The position numbers were made by a program, and so were the translations under genes. From an uncultured Anaerolineaceae bacterium (GTDB taxonomy: Bacteria; Chloroflexota; Anaerolineae; Anaerolineales; UBA11579), in contig CAZUTS010000007.1 in NCBI GenBank assembly GCA_964623375.1, positions 2,799 through 66,798 on the forward strand: a DNA stretch of 64,000 bases. The letters run 5' to 3'. This document shows, piece after piece, positions 1 through 8,456 of this stretch. The notes under the pieces were generated by a model, which searched no databases, was not told where the DNA came from, and saw only the letters and a list, made by a program, of their open reading frames with translations. Within the stretch, counting starts at the first letter, position 1, and each line of letters starts with the position of its first letter.

Positions 1-197
1 TGGTCCAGGTGGCCGTGTGTGATCAGGATGTGATTGAGGCGTTTGAAACCCAGGCCGGATTTGAGGATCTGGCGTTGGGTGCCCTCGCCACAATCCACCA
101 GAAAGCGGTACTCATCATGCTTGATGATGTGGGCGGAGAGCCCGCGGTGCACAGACGGCGCCGAGGCAGAGGTGCCTAAGAAAGTGATCTCGAACAA
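1..197 (-). CDS. rnz: Ribonuclease Z-like MBL-fold hydrolase, N-terminal fragment (gene continues beyond window start)
   Basis: Own minus-strand translation from TTG 197-195 (GAGGA just upstream): [65 protein letters not shown]. The FLGT, DCGEGTQ and H-x-H-x-D(H) motifs match RNase Z N-termini. Not in the ORF track because it has no in-window stop. Confidence 0.7.
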   Translation of the reverse strand, partial: MFEITFLGTSASAPSVHRGLSAHIIKHDEYRFLVDCGEGTQRQILKSGLGFKRLNHILITHGHLD

Positions 198-636
198 AAT
201 TCCTCGTTTCAGCGTCAGTATAACTGCTTGACAGTGCCGCTATTTTCTACTCAGCCTAACCCTTTGTAGGTATGCTCTCCGTGATGGGCGAACCTATTAG
301 TTCAGACCAAAGTTTTAATGCATGATCTGTCGCCAAGCATGATGATGATTAAAACTTCCCCTCAATGTGTCACCCAGACCATTCAATCTAGTAACTCTAT
401 ACATGCAAGAACTATCAAAGCTGCGGCGCGGGACCCCCAGAGCACACCTTGGGTTGCAAGCATCAGTCTGAGCGTATGCGAAGGGGTTTCAAAGGTGAAA
501 CAGCTGTTTCCCCTTTGCGGGGTCATAGGGGCGGAGCCCCTAAAAAGAGAAAAAGCGTCGACAAAAACGTGTTGGAGTAACACTCAAACTGTGCGACAAA
601 TTTGCTTGCGCTATACTCAAAACCCAATTTTGAACT

Positions 637-2970
637 ATGGCTAAAAAGAAACGTGCCACCAAGAAAAGCTCCCGCGGCCAAAGCTCCTATGAGCCGCAAA
701 TTTTGCCTGCCATTGAATCGTTCTGGAACAGCATCTCGCCAGACCGCAAACTGGATGCGCTCGGTATCCTGCTGGCCGCCATCGGCACGCTGACCCTGCT
801 GCTGGTCTTCTCCAGCTCCCCAGGCAGCTTTGGCGAAGCCTGGCTGCGCCTGTTGCGTGGCGGCCTGGGCTGGGGGCTGTACTTGTTCCCTGTCGCCCTC
901 ATCGTCTTGGGCGTGTGGCTGGTGCTGCGTCATTTTGAGCGCATCCCGCCGCTGCGCTCCCGCCGCCTGGTCGGCATCGGCCTGCTCTTTGGCAATCTGC
1001 TGCTCTTGCTGCACATGATCTTGTTCCCGGTGGATAGCGGCGCAGCAACGCAGCTCGCTGAGCAAGGCATGGGCGGCGGGCATATTGGCGCCGCCTTCTA
1101 CAACGGCCTGCTGGCAGGCCTCGGCCCGGCGGGGATGTGGGTCAGCGCGCTGACCTGGCTGGTCATCGGTATCCTCTTGGCCTTCGACCTGCCGGCCAGC
1201 AGCCTGGTGGCTTGGCTGCCGCCGCTGGTGGATATGTTGCGCAGCTCGCGCTCCACCACACAAGCCGAGCCAGACGAATGGCCGCCCTACGAGCCAACCG
1301 AACCGGTTTATAGCACCAGCCCGCCGCAGCCCTATGTGGAGACTCCTGCAGCGGCTCAAGCCGCACCAGAGATGAGCGCAGAGCAGCAAGCCGAGATCAA
1401 CCAGATTACCGAACAGCTCAGCGAAGAGATTGCCGAAACCGCTGCCGCGCCAGCCGCCGCTCAGCCTGCCTGGGTATTGCCCGAAGTGGCTGAGATGCTC
1501 GACCCTGGCGATGTGGTTAGTTTCAGCGCCGATGCAGACCGCCAGCGCGGCGAGCTTATCGAAGAAACCTTGCACTCCTTCGGGGCGCCGGCTCGCGTGG
1601 TGGAGATTAACCGCGGCCCCACCATCACCCAGTTTGGCGTAGAGCCAGAATTTGTTGAGACGCGTGGTGGCCGCACCCGCGTACGCGTCGGCAAAATCGC
1701 CGCCCTGGCCGATGATCTCGCCCTCGCCCTGGCCGCTTCGCGCATTCGCGTGCAGGCGCCCGTGCCGGGCAAAGGCTATGTGGGTATCGAGGTGCCCAAT
1801 GAGCAGATCGGCCGCGTGGCGCTGCGTGATGTCGTCGAGAGCGAAGCCTTCACGCGTATGCGCTCCCCGCTGCGTTTTGCCCTCGGGCAAGACGTGGCCG
1901 GCAATGCCGTCTCGGCGGATCTGGCCGCCATGCCGCACATGCTCATTGCGGGCGCCACGGGTTCCGGTAAATCGGTGTGTGTGAACGCGCTGATCTGCTG
2001 CCTGCTGCTCAATAACACGCCTGAGACATTGCGTCTCATCATGATCGACCCTAAGCGTGTCGAGCTCACTGGTTACAACGGCATCCCGCATTTGCTCACT
2101 CCGGTAGTGGTGGAGATTGACCGCGTCGTAGGCATCCTGCAGTGGGTCACGCATGAGATGGACAAGCGCTACCAGAAATTCTCCAAAGTAGGCGCGCGCC
2201 ACATCACCGATTACAACCAACGCGTCCAGCCCGGCGGCGAGAAGCTGCCCTATCTGGTCGTCATTATTGATGAGTTGGCTGACCTGATGATGGTTGCTCC
2301 AGACCAAACCGAAAAGCTCATTACGCGTGTAGCTCAATTGGCACGTGCCACTGGTATCCATTTGGTGCTGGCCACTCAGCGCCCCTCGGTGGATGTGGTC
2401 ACTGGCCTCATCAAAGCCAACTTCCCGGCGCGCATTGCCTTCGCCGTGGCCAGCACCACCGACAGCCGCGTCATCCTTGACCAGCCCGGCGCCGAGCGCT
2501 TGCTGGGCAAGGGTGACATGCTCTTCCAGCCGCCGGATGCCCCGGCGGCTGTGCGCCTGCAGGGCGCCTTCCTGGCCGAGAGCGAGATCACGCGCATCGT
2601 CATGCACTGGCGCAGCTTCGCTGGCAGCGCCGAGCAAGCGCACGCTGGCGCCGCTACAGACCACGAAGGTGATATGGCTCTGGCCAGCAACCTGCCGCTC
2701 AAGCAAATTCCCATCTGGGAAGAGATCGAAGAAATTCAAAATCAAGACGATCAAGACAGCATGTTTGCTGAGGCGGTAGACCTGGTGCGCCGCCGCGGCC
2801 GCGCCTCCATCTCCATGTTGCAGCGCCGCATGCGTATCGGCTACACACGCTCGGCGCGCATCATCGAGCAGATGGAAGCGCGCGGCATCATCGGGCCGCA
2901 GAAGCCCGGCGCCCAACATCGTGAAGTGCTGGATTACGGCGACTCTGCCGCGCCGCCGGTAGGAGAATAA
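637..2970 (+). CDS. ftsK: DNA translocase FtsK/SpoIIIE
   Basis: 777 aa. N-terminal TM helices, Pro/Ala/Glu-rich linker, Walker A GATGSGKSV, Walker B VVIIDELADLMM, C-terminal gamma winged-helix ASISMLQRRMRIGYTRSARIIEQME. Confidence 0.95.
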   Translation: MAKKKRATKKSSRGQSSYEPQILPAIESFWNSISPDRKLDALGILLAAIGTLTLLLVFSSSPGSFGEAWLRLLRGGLGWGLYLFPVALIVLGVWLVLRHFERIPPLRSRRLVGIGLLFGNLLLLLHMILFPVDSGAATQLAEQGMGGGHIGAAFYNGLLAGLGPAGMWVSALTWLVIGILLAFDLPASSLVAWLPPLVDMLRSSRSTTQAEPDEWPPYEPTEPVYSTSPPQPYVETPAAAQAAPEMSAEQQAEINQITEQLSEEIAETAAAPAAAQPAWVLPEVAEMLDPGDVVSFSADADRQRGELIEETLHSFGAPARVVEINRGPTITQFGVEPEFVETRGGRTRVRVGKIAALADDLALALAASRIRVQAPVPGKGYVGIEVPNEQIGRVALRDVVESEAFTRMRSPLRFALGQDVAGNAVSADLAAMPHMLIAGATGSGKSVCVNALICCLLLNNTPETLRLIMIDPKRVELTGYNGIPHLLTPVVVEIDRVVGILQWVTHEMDKRYQKFSKVGARHITDYNQRVQPGGEKLPYLVVIIDELADLMMVAPDQTEKLITRVAQLARATGIHLVLATQRPSVDVVTGLIKANFPARIAFAVASTTDSRVILDQPGAERLLGKGDMLFQPPDAPAAVRLQGAFLAESEITRIVMHWRSFAGSAEQAHAGAATDHEGDMALASNLPLKQIPIWEEIEEIQNQDDQDSMFAEAVDLVRRRGRASISMLQRRMRIGYTRSARIIEQMEARGIIGPQKPGAQHREVLDYGDSAAPPVGE

Positions 2971-2972
2971 AA

Positions 2973-3419
2973 GTGATCACTGTAAGTTTGCGCCCCATCA
3001 CGGCTGATAATGTCCACGCCATCCTGAAGCTGAGCGTCGCTCCCTCTCAGGAGAAGTTCGTGGCGCCAAACGCCTACTCCTTGGCCGAGGCGTTGTTTGA
3101 ACCCAAGGCCTGGTACCGCGCTGTCTACGCCGGCGAAACGCCCGTGGGCTTCATGATGATGGAAGAAGACCCGCAGCAGGGCAAGTACTACTTGTGGCGT
3201 TTTTTGATTGGCGCCGAACACCAGGGCAAGGGCTACGGCTATCAGGCGATGCAATTGCTGATCGAGCGCGTGAAACAGTTACCCAAGGCCACTGAGATGA
3301 CGCTGAGCTACGTGCCCGATGAACACAGCCCGCAGCCGTTTTACCAGAAGCTCGGCTTTGTAGATACCGGTGAGGTAGATGATGACGAGCTCATCATGCG
3401 CCTCACCTTTGGCGCATAA
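2973..3419 (+). CDS. GNAT family N-acetyltransferase
   Basis: 148 aa. GTG start 2 nt after the ftsK stop, with GGAGAA upstream. GNAT motif A-like segment RFLIGAEHQGKGYGYQAM. Confidence 0.8.
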   Translation: MITVSLRPITADNVHAILKLSVAPSQEKFVAPNAYSLAEALFEPKAWYRAVYAGETPVGFMMMEEDPQQGKYYLWRFLIGAEHQGKGYGYQAMQLLIERVKQLPKATEMTLSYVPDEHSPQPFYQKLGFVDTGEVDDDELIMRLTFGA

Positions 3420-3452
3420 CAAAAAAACGGCCACGAGTGGCCGCTTTTTTTG
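3420..3452. terminator. Bidirectional intrinsic terminator (GNAT gene / htrA)
   Basis: A-run, stem CGGCCAC-gag-TGGCCG, then a T7 run. Lies between convergent genes. Confidence 0.7.
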
Positions 3453-3467
3453 CTTGTACGTATACGT

Positions 3468-4634
3468 CTAGGGGGAAACTGGGCGAGCACCCAGCGTGAG
3501 ATCGATCAGCTGGGTCTCCCCGGAACGAATGACTTCGAGGGTGACTACATCACCGGGGCCGGTATTGCCAAACAGATAGGCGATCAGTTCGTCAAAGTTT
3601 TTGACCTGCTGGCCGTTGATGGCCGTGATCATGTCGCCTTCTTGCAAGCCTGCCAAGGCGGAGGGCCCGCTTTCCACCACGCTGGCCACCAGGGCGCCGT
3701 TGGCGCTTTGCAGCCCCAGTTGTTGTGCGGCCGCCAGGCTGAGGTTGCTGGAGCTGCTCAAACCGAGATAGGGATACTCGTACTTGCCAGTCTCGATCAG
3801 GCTGGGCACGACACGCTTCACAATGTTCACGGAGACGGCAAAGCCGATCCCAGAGTTCAGTGCATCACCCGATTCGGTGAAGCTGAACGAGCGAATGGCA
3901 CGGTTGACACCAATGACTTCGCCATACAAGTTCAGCAGCGGCCCGCCAGAGTTGCCGGGGTTGATGGCCGCATCTGTCTGGATGATGTCACCGGCGGCAA
4001 AGAACTGGTTGGAGTTGGGGGCAATGTTCATCGAGTCCAGCGTGCGCCCTTTGCTGGAGATGATGCCAATGCTCATGCTGCCGCTGAGACCAAACGGGTT
4101 GCCGATGGCTACAACGTACTGGCCAACTTCCAAAGTATTGGAGTCACCCATCACTAGAGGAATAAGCTCTGCCTCCGGAGCATCCACGCGCAACACGGCC
4201 AGATCTGAATCAAGGTCTTGCCCGATTACTTCACCCACGGCCTGGAAGCCAGAAGGAAAAGTCACTTCAATGTATTGGGCACCTTCAACCACATGGTAGT
4301 TGGTCACAATGTGTCCTTGTGTGTCGTACACGAAGCCCGACCCCTGGCCACTGCCACCCTCCGCCGCCACAGCAATCGAGACCACACCAGGGCTGACCGC
4401 TTTGTAGAGCGAGGTGAGCGCTTCTTGCTGCGAGAGCATGTCGCTCGAGACCTGGATCTCAGAATTGGGCTGCACCTGTGGCAGCTCCATGTCCTCTACT
4501 TGGTTCTGAATCTGGTCACTGAACTCCTGCAGAGCCTGGCTGGCATCGGGCAATTGGATGCTGCCACAAGCCAGCGTGGCCAGCACCAGCACGCTGATGA
4601 CGGCCACGAACGAACGATTGCGTTGTGTTTTCAT
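3468..4634 (-). CDS. htrA: HtrA/DegP-family serine protease with C-terminal PDZ domain
   Basis: 388 aa. N-terminal signal/anchor, catalytic His context TNYHVV, Asp context DSDLAVL, Ser context GNSGGPLLN, PDZ-like C-terminus. Confidence 0.9.
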   Translation of the reverse strand: MKTQRNRSFVAVISVLVLATLACGSIQLPDASQALQEFSDQIQNQVEDMELPQVQPNSEIQVSSDMLSQQEALTSLYKAVSPGVVSIAVAAEGGSGQGSGFVYDTQGHIVTNYHVVEGAQYIEVTFPSGFQAVGEVIGQDLDSDLAVLRVDAPEAELIPLVMGDSNTLEVGQYVVAIGNPFGLSGSMSIGIISSKGRTLDSMNIAPNSNQFFAAGDIIQTDAAINPGNSGGPLLNLYGEVIGVNRAIRSFSFTESGDALNSGIGFAVSVNIVKRVVPSLIETGKYEYPYLGLSSSSNLSLAAAQQLGLQSANGALVASVVESGPSALAGLQEGDMITAINGQQVKNFDELIAYLFGNTGPGDVVTLEVIRSGETQLIDLTLGARPVSP

Positions 4635-4649
4635 AATTCCTCTTGTGCG

Positions 4650-5567
4650 CTAACTGCGCTTAGTCAGGTTTTCGAGAAAAAATTTCTCGTCCGGGTTGGT
4701 TATCTTAGGGATCTGCACACGCACTTGGGCGAAGAGATCACCGCGCGTGCTGGGTTGCTTGAGCTTGGGCATGCCCTTGCCCTTGAGCCGGAAGGATTGG
4801 TTGGGTTGCGTGCCGGCGGGCACAGTGAGCACCAGCTCACCTTCCAGGGTGGGGACGCGCGCCTCGCCACCCGCGGCTGCGGTAGCCAGGTCTACGGTGA
4901 CTTCGGTGCGCAGGTTGTCGCCCTCGCGCGTGAAGCGCGGGTTGGCAGACACATTCACCACCAGGTACAGGTTGCCGCCGTTGGCAGCGCCAGCCATACG
5001 AATCTTGGTGCCCGTCTGTGCTCCAGGCGGAATCTTCACTTCAAGCCGCTTGCCCTCAAGCTGCAGCAAGCGTGTGCCGCCGCGGAAGGCTTCTTCCAGG
5101 CTGATGGTAATGGCCTGCTCATACGCGGGGGCTGTGCGTTGGCGTGTTTGGCGGGCGGCCGTTTGCGTGAAGCCGCCGCCAAAGATCTGCTCAAAGAAAT
5201 CAGAGAAGCCACCCATGCGCCCACCGAACACATCGGCGGGGTCTGCGTATTCAGTGCGGCCAGCGCCACGGCTGGCCCATTGGCCCCAGTCGAAACCGCC
5301 GGGCTGGCCGCCGCGCTCCCATTGGGTATAGGCGCTGCCCAACTGGTCATACTTGGCGCGCTTTTCAGGGTCACTCAGGACTTGGTTGGCCTCATTGACC
5401 TCTTTGAATTTATCTTCCGCTGTTTTATCGCCTGGGTTTCGGTCTGGGTGGTATTGCAATGCCAGCTTGCGGTAGGCTTTTTTGATCTCCTCCGCGCTAG
5501 CATCCCGGCCAACCCCAAGCACCTTGTAATAGTCTTTGTATTCCATAGAGTCACGCTCGGGTTGCAT
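4650..5567 (-). CDS. cbpA: J-domain co-chaperone, CbpA-like (DnaJ class II, no zinc-finger domain)
   Basis: 305 aa. DYYKVLGV...HPDRNP J-domain, G/F-rich linker, two C-terminal beta domains, no CxxCxGxG repeats. 15 nt upstream of htrA, so likely an operon. Confidence 0.85.
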   Translation of the reverse strand: MQPERDSMEYKDYYKVLGVGRDASAEEIKKAYRKLALQYHPDRNPGDKTAEDKFKEVNEANQVLSDPEKRAKYDQLGSAYTQWERGGQPGGFDWGQWASRGAGRTEYADPADVFGGRMGGFSDFFEQIFGGGFTQTAARQTRQRTAPAYEQAITISLEEAFRGGTRLLQLEGKRLEVKIPPGAQTGTKIRMAGAANGGNLYLVVNVSANPRFTREGDNLRTEVTVDLATAAAGGEARVPTLEGELVLTVPAGTQPNQSFRLKGKGMPKLKQPSTRGDLFAQVRVQIPKITNPDEKFFLENLTKRS

Positions 5568-5576
5568 CTGTATTCT

Positions 5577-7061
5577 ATGACCCCCACCATGGGAGTCAAT
5601 AAGAGCATTGTTAGAAAGCTGGCTCGTGCTATATTTCGTTCAGTGCCAACGCAATTGCTCCTCTCGCTTTCAGATGTTGCGCTGAGTTCGCAACTGGCCC
5701 ATCATGTGCTGCAACCTGCCGGCTATACAGTTGCGCTGGCCCATAGTGCTGCGGAGTTGCAGCGTGCCCTTCTGGAAGAAGTGCCCAGTGTGTTGTTTCT
5801 GGGGCCGCTGGCCGAGGAAGACCCCTTTGCACTGGCCGAAGAAATCAAGACCAGCCACCCCACATTGCCGGTGGTGTATCTAGCTTTGCATGCCACGCAG
5901 CATGAGCTGCTGCGTGGCGTGCAGCTGGGCTTTGTGGATTACCTCACTCTGCCGGTGGAGCCTGCCGTATTGCTGGAAGCCGCCAACCGCGCCATGGAGC
6001 GCGGCCGCCGCTGGGAGGGTTGGCTGCACAAAGAGACCGGACGTATTACCGGCTCGTTGGCACGCCGCCTGGCTGAGCTGGAAAGCATCCTGCAGCAGGT
6101 GAGCGATGGCGTGCTGCTGGTGGACCATGAGCACTTTGTGCTCATGGTCAACCGCGCCATGCGCAAGACACTTTCACTGGGCAGCAAAGACCCCGTGGGG
6201 CGGCCTTTGCCCGAAGTCTTTCCAAATAAAGAAGTGCTGGCGTTGTTTAGTGATAGCCCCGAAGATAACGCTCACGTAGAAATGAAGAGCCCTGCCGGGC
6301 GCACCTATGATGTGCGTCTCTCGGCGATTGCTGGCCTGGGTACAGCGATCAGCCTGCACGACATTACAAATCTGATCGAGCTAGATCATCTGCGTAAAGA
6401 TTTTGTGAACACCGTATCGCATGACCTGCGCTCGCCGCTCACGGCGATCTTGGGTTATGTGGAACTGATCGAGCGAGCGGGGCCAGTGAACCCGCAGCAA
6501 GCCGAGTTCATCAAACGCGTCAAAACCAGCGTGCACACCACCACCGAGCTGATTGATGACCTGCTGGACCTTGGCCGCGTGGAAGTGGGGCTGATCGATG
6601 AGTTGGCCCCCGTGGACCTCAAAGCTATTGTGGAAAAGAGCGCCGCGGATCTGCAGACGCAGATCGAGGCCAAGCAGTTGGCGTTCAAACTGGCGGCGCC
6701 AGAGCATTTGCCCGCCGTGCTGGGCAGCCATACGCAGCTCGGCCAGGTGGCGGCGAACCTGATCGGCAACGCGGTCAAATACACGCCGGCGGGCGGCGAG
6801 GTGCGCGTAATGCTGCGCAAGGAGCAAAAGCAGCTGATTTTGCATGTGGGCGATACCGGCCCCGGCATCCCGCTGGAAGAGCAGACGCGTATCTTTGAGC
6901 GCTTTTACCGCGCTACCAATGCGCTGCCCAGCATTCCAGGTACGGGATTGGGTCTTGCGATTGTGAAAACGATCGTGGAGAACCACCGCGGGCGCATTTG
7001 GGTGGATTCAAAAGTAGGCGAAGGCAGTATCTTTACCGTGGTGCTGCCGCTAGCCAATTAG
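5577..7061 (+). CDS. Sensor histidine kinase with N-terminal degenerate receiver-like domain and PAS segment
   Basis: H-box VSHDLRSPL; N/G boxes [27 protein letters not shown]. Track ORF 4218..7061 is open far upstream, but that part overlaps htrA/cbpA on the other strand. The first ATGs after cbpA are 5577 and 5589, so the start is uncertain. Confidence 0.85.
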   Translation: MTPTMGVNKSIVRKLARAIFRSVPTQLLLSLSDVALSSQLAHHVLQPAGYTVALAHSAAELQRALLEEVPSVLFLGPLAEEDPFALAEEIKTSHPTLPVVYLALHATQHELLRGVQLGFVDYLTLPVEPAVLLEAANRAMERGRRWEGWLHKETGRITGSLARRLAELESILQQVSDGVLLVDHEHFVLMVNRAMRKTLSLGSKDPVGRPLPEVFPNKEVLALFSDSPEDNAHVEMKSPAGRTYDVRLSAIAGLGTAISLHDITNLIELDHLRKDFVNTVSHDLRSPLTAILGYVELIERAGPVNPQQAEFIKRVKTSVHTTTELIDDLLDLGRVEVGLIDELAPVDLKAIVEKSAADLQTQIEAKQLAFKLAAPEHLPAVLGSHTQLGQVAANLIGNAVKYTPAGGEVRVMLRKEQKQLILHVGDTGPGIPLEEQTRIFERFYRATNALPSIPGTGLGLAIVKTIVENHRGRIWVDSKVGEGSIFTVVLPLAN

Positions 7062-7480
7062 CTTAAATTGGCCAGGAAGTTGCGCACATCATCAATGGCT
7101 TCTTGCTCCGCAGCATAGTCTGCAATTTGCAAGCCCGGTTTGGTGTTGCCCAGGATCATTTTGGAGACGCGTGCCCCCTGGCGGAAGATACATAGCACCG
7201 GCTTCTGATGCTCCAACGCATAACCAACCTCATAGCCCACACCATGGGATGGCGTGCTGACTTCGGCGATGAGCGTGTCGCTGTCATCGATCCACTCGAT
7301 GTCGCGGCTGTAGACCTCGCGCGGGTCCAGGTCCGTCTCGAGGCCGGCGGTGTTGGCGATGCCAGCGTTGGCGGCGGTAGGCACCTCGTGCCCATCGTCT
7401 AGCAGGGCCTGGACGATGTGACGGTAGATGGCTTCGTCTTCACGGCCACCGGTGATGGAGCAAGCAAAATAGATCTTCAT
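7058..7480 (-). CDS. DNPH1/Rcl-like 2'-deoxynucleoside 5'-phosphate N-hydrolase (nucleoside 2-deoxyribosyltransferase fold)
   Basis: 140 aa. MKIYFACSITGGRED and IAEVSTPSHGVGYEVG closely parallel the DNPH1 motifs (YFCGSIRGGRED; VAEVTQPSLGVGYELG). Confidence 0.8.
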   Translation of the reverse strand: MKIYFACSITGGREDEAIYRHIVQALLDDGHEVPTAANAGIANTAGLETDLDPREVYSRDIEWIDDSDTLIAEVSTPSHGVGYEVGYALEHQKPVLCIFRQGARVSKMILGNTKPGLQIADYAAEQEAIDDVRNFLANLS

Positions 7481-8454
7481 GTTTCGTATCCGTGCGGGTG
7501 GCTTTGATGCCAGGCCCAGGCACTGCGCATAATATTTTCTAAGTCTGAGTGTACAGCCTTCCAGCCGAGTTCGCTTTGGATTCGTTCTGGCGATGCCACC
7601 AGGCGTGCCGCATCGCCAGGGCGGCGCGGGCTGTGCACCGCCGGAATCGGGTGGCCAGTCACGGCGCGCGCTGTCTCGATCACCTCGCGCACGGAGTAGC
7701 CGCGGCCGCTGCCCAGGTTGTAGACCAGCTTGTCGCGCTCGCCCAATGCTTCCAGCGCGAGGATGTGCGCGGAAGCCAAATCGGCCAGGTGGATGTAATC
7801 ACGGATGCAGGTGCCGTCTGGCGTGGGGTAGTCATCCCCGTAGATGGCAATGTCCTGGCGCTGGCCAAGCGCTACGCGCAACACCAGCGGTATCAGGTGG
7901 CTCTCCGGCTGGTGGCCTTCGCCTCGGTCTGGGTATGCACCCGAGGCATTGAAATAGCGCAGCGCGGCGAAGCGCAAGCCGTGGGCGCGGCGATACCACT
8001 CGAGGGCTTGCTCCACCATCAGCTTGGTTTGGCCATAGGTGTTCTCCGGGCCAAGCACAGACTCTTCACTCAGTGGCTCGTCGCTGCTGCGATACACCGC
8101 AGCGGTGGAGGAGAACACGAAGCGCTGCACGCCGGCCTTCTGGGCGGCGTCGATGAGCTTGAAAGAGTTGGTTACGTTGTTCTCAAAATACTTGGCAGGG
8201 TTTTGCATGCTCTCGCCGGCCTCGATGAAACCAGCAAAGTGCAGCACAGCTTCGTAGTGGCCCTGGCCCAGGGCGGTGCGCAATGCGGCCTCATCGGCAA
8301 GGTCGCCTTGAATGAAGGTGGCCTCGGCGGGCACGGCCTGGCGGTGCCCGGTGACCAGGGAGTCGTACACGGTGACCTGATGTCCAGCGGCGATAAGCTC
8401 GGCGGAAACGGTGGAACCGATATAACCCGCACCGCCACTCACAAATACGTTCAT
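7477..8454 (-). CDS. galE: UDP-glucose 4-epimerase
   Basis: 325 aa. GGAGYIGS Rossmann motif, SSTAAVY, YGQTK catalytic motif. 4-nt overlap with the downstream gene. Confidence 0.9.
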   Translation of the reverse strand: MNVFVSGGAGYIGSTVSAELIAAGHQVTVYDSLVTGHRQAVPAEATFIQGDLADEAALRTALGQGHYEAVLHFAGFIEAGESMQNPAKYFENNVTNSFKLIDAAQKAGVQRFVFSSTAAVYRSSDEPLSEESVLGPENTYGQTKLMVEQALEWYRRAHGLRFAALRYFNASGAYPDRGEGHQPESHLIPLVLRVALGQRQDIAIYGDDYPTPDGTCIRDYIHLADLASAHILALEALGERDKLVYNLGSGRGYSVREVIETARAVTGHPIPAVHSPRRPGDAARLVASPERIQSELGWKAVHSDLENIMRSAWAWHQSHPHGYET

Positions 8455-8456
8455 GT

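Noticed and set aside
528-540. GGGGC-gga-GCCCC hairpin, considered as a terminator for rnz or an upstream unit
   Set aside because: No T-run follows it on either strand. Kept only as part of the ftsK upstream-region observation.
523-2919. 798-aa ORF antisense to ftsK
   Set aside because: Arg/Gly/Ala/His-rich composition with no motifs, typical of a shadow frame in GC-rich DNA. The plus-strand frame carries unmistakable FtsK motifs.
4218-5576. Upstream 450-codon extension of the histidine-kinase ORF
   Set aside because: It overlaps htrA and cbpA on the opposite strand and has no kinase-related sequence. The real start lies after the cbpA start codon (5567).
7053-7072. Palindrome GCCAATT-agctta-AATTGGC at the overlapping convergent stop codons of the kinase and DNPH1-like genes
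   Set aside because: Only a 7-bp AT-rich stem with no U-tract on either strand. Probably incidental and too weak to call a terminator.
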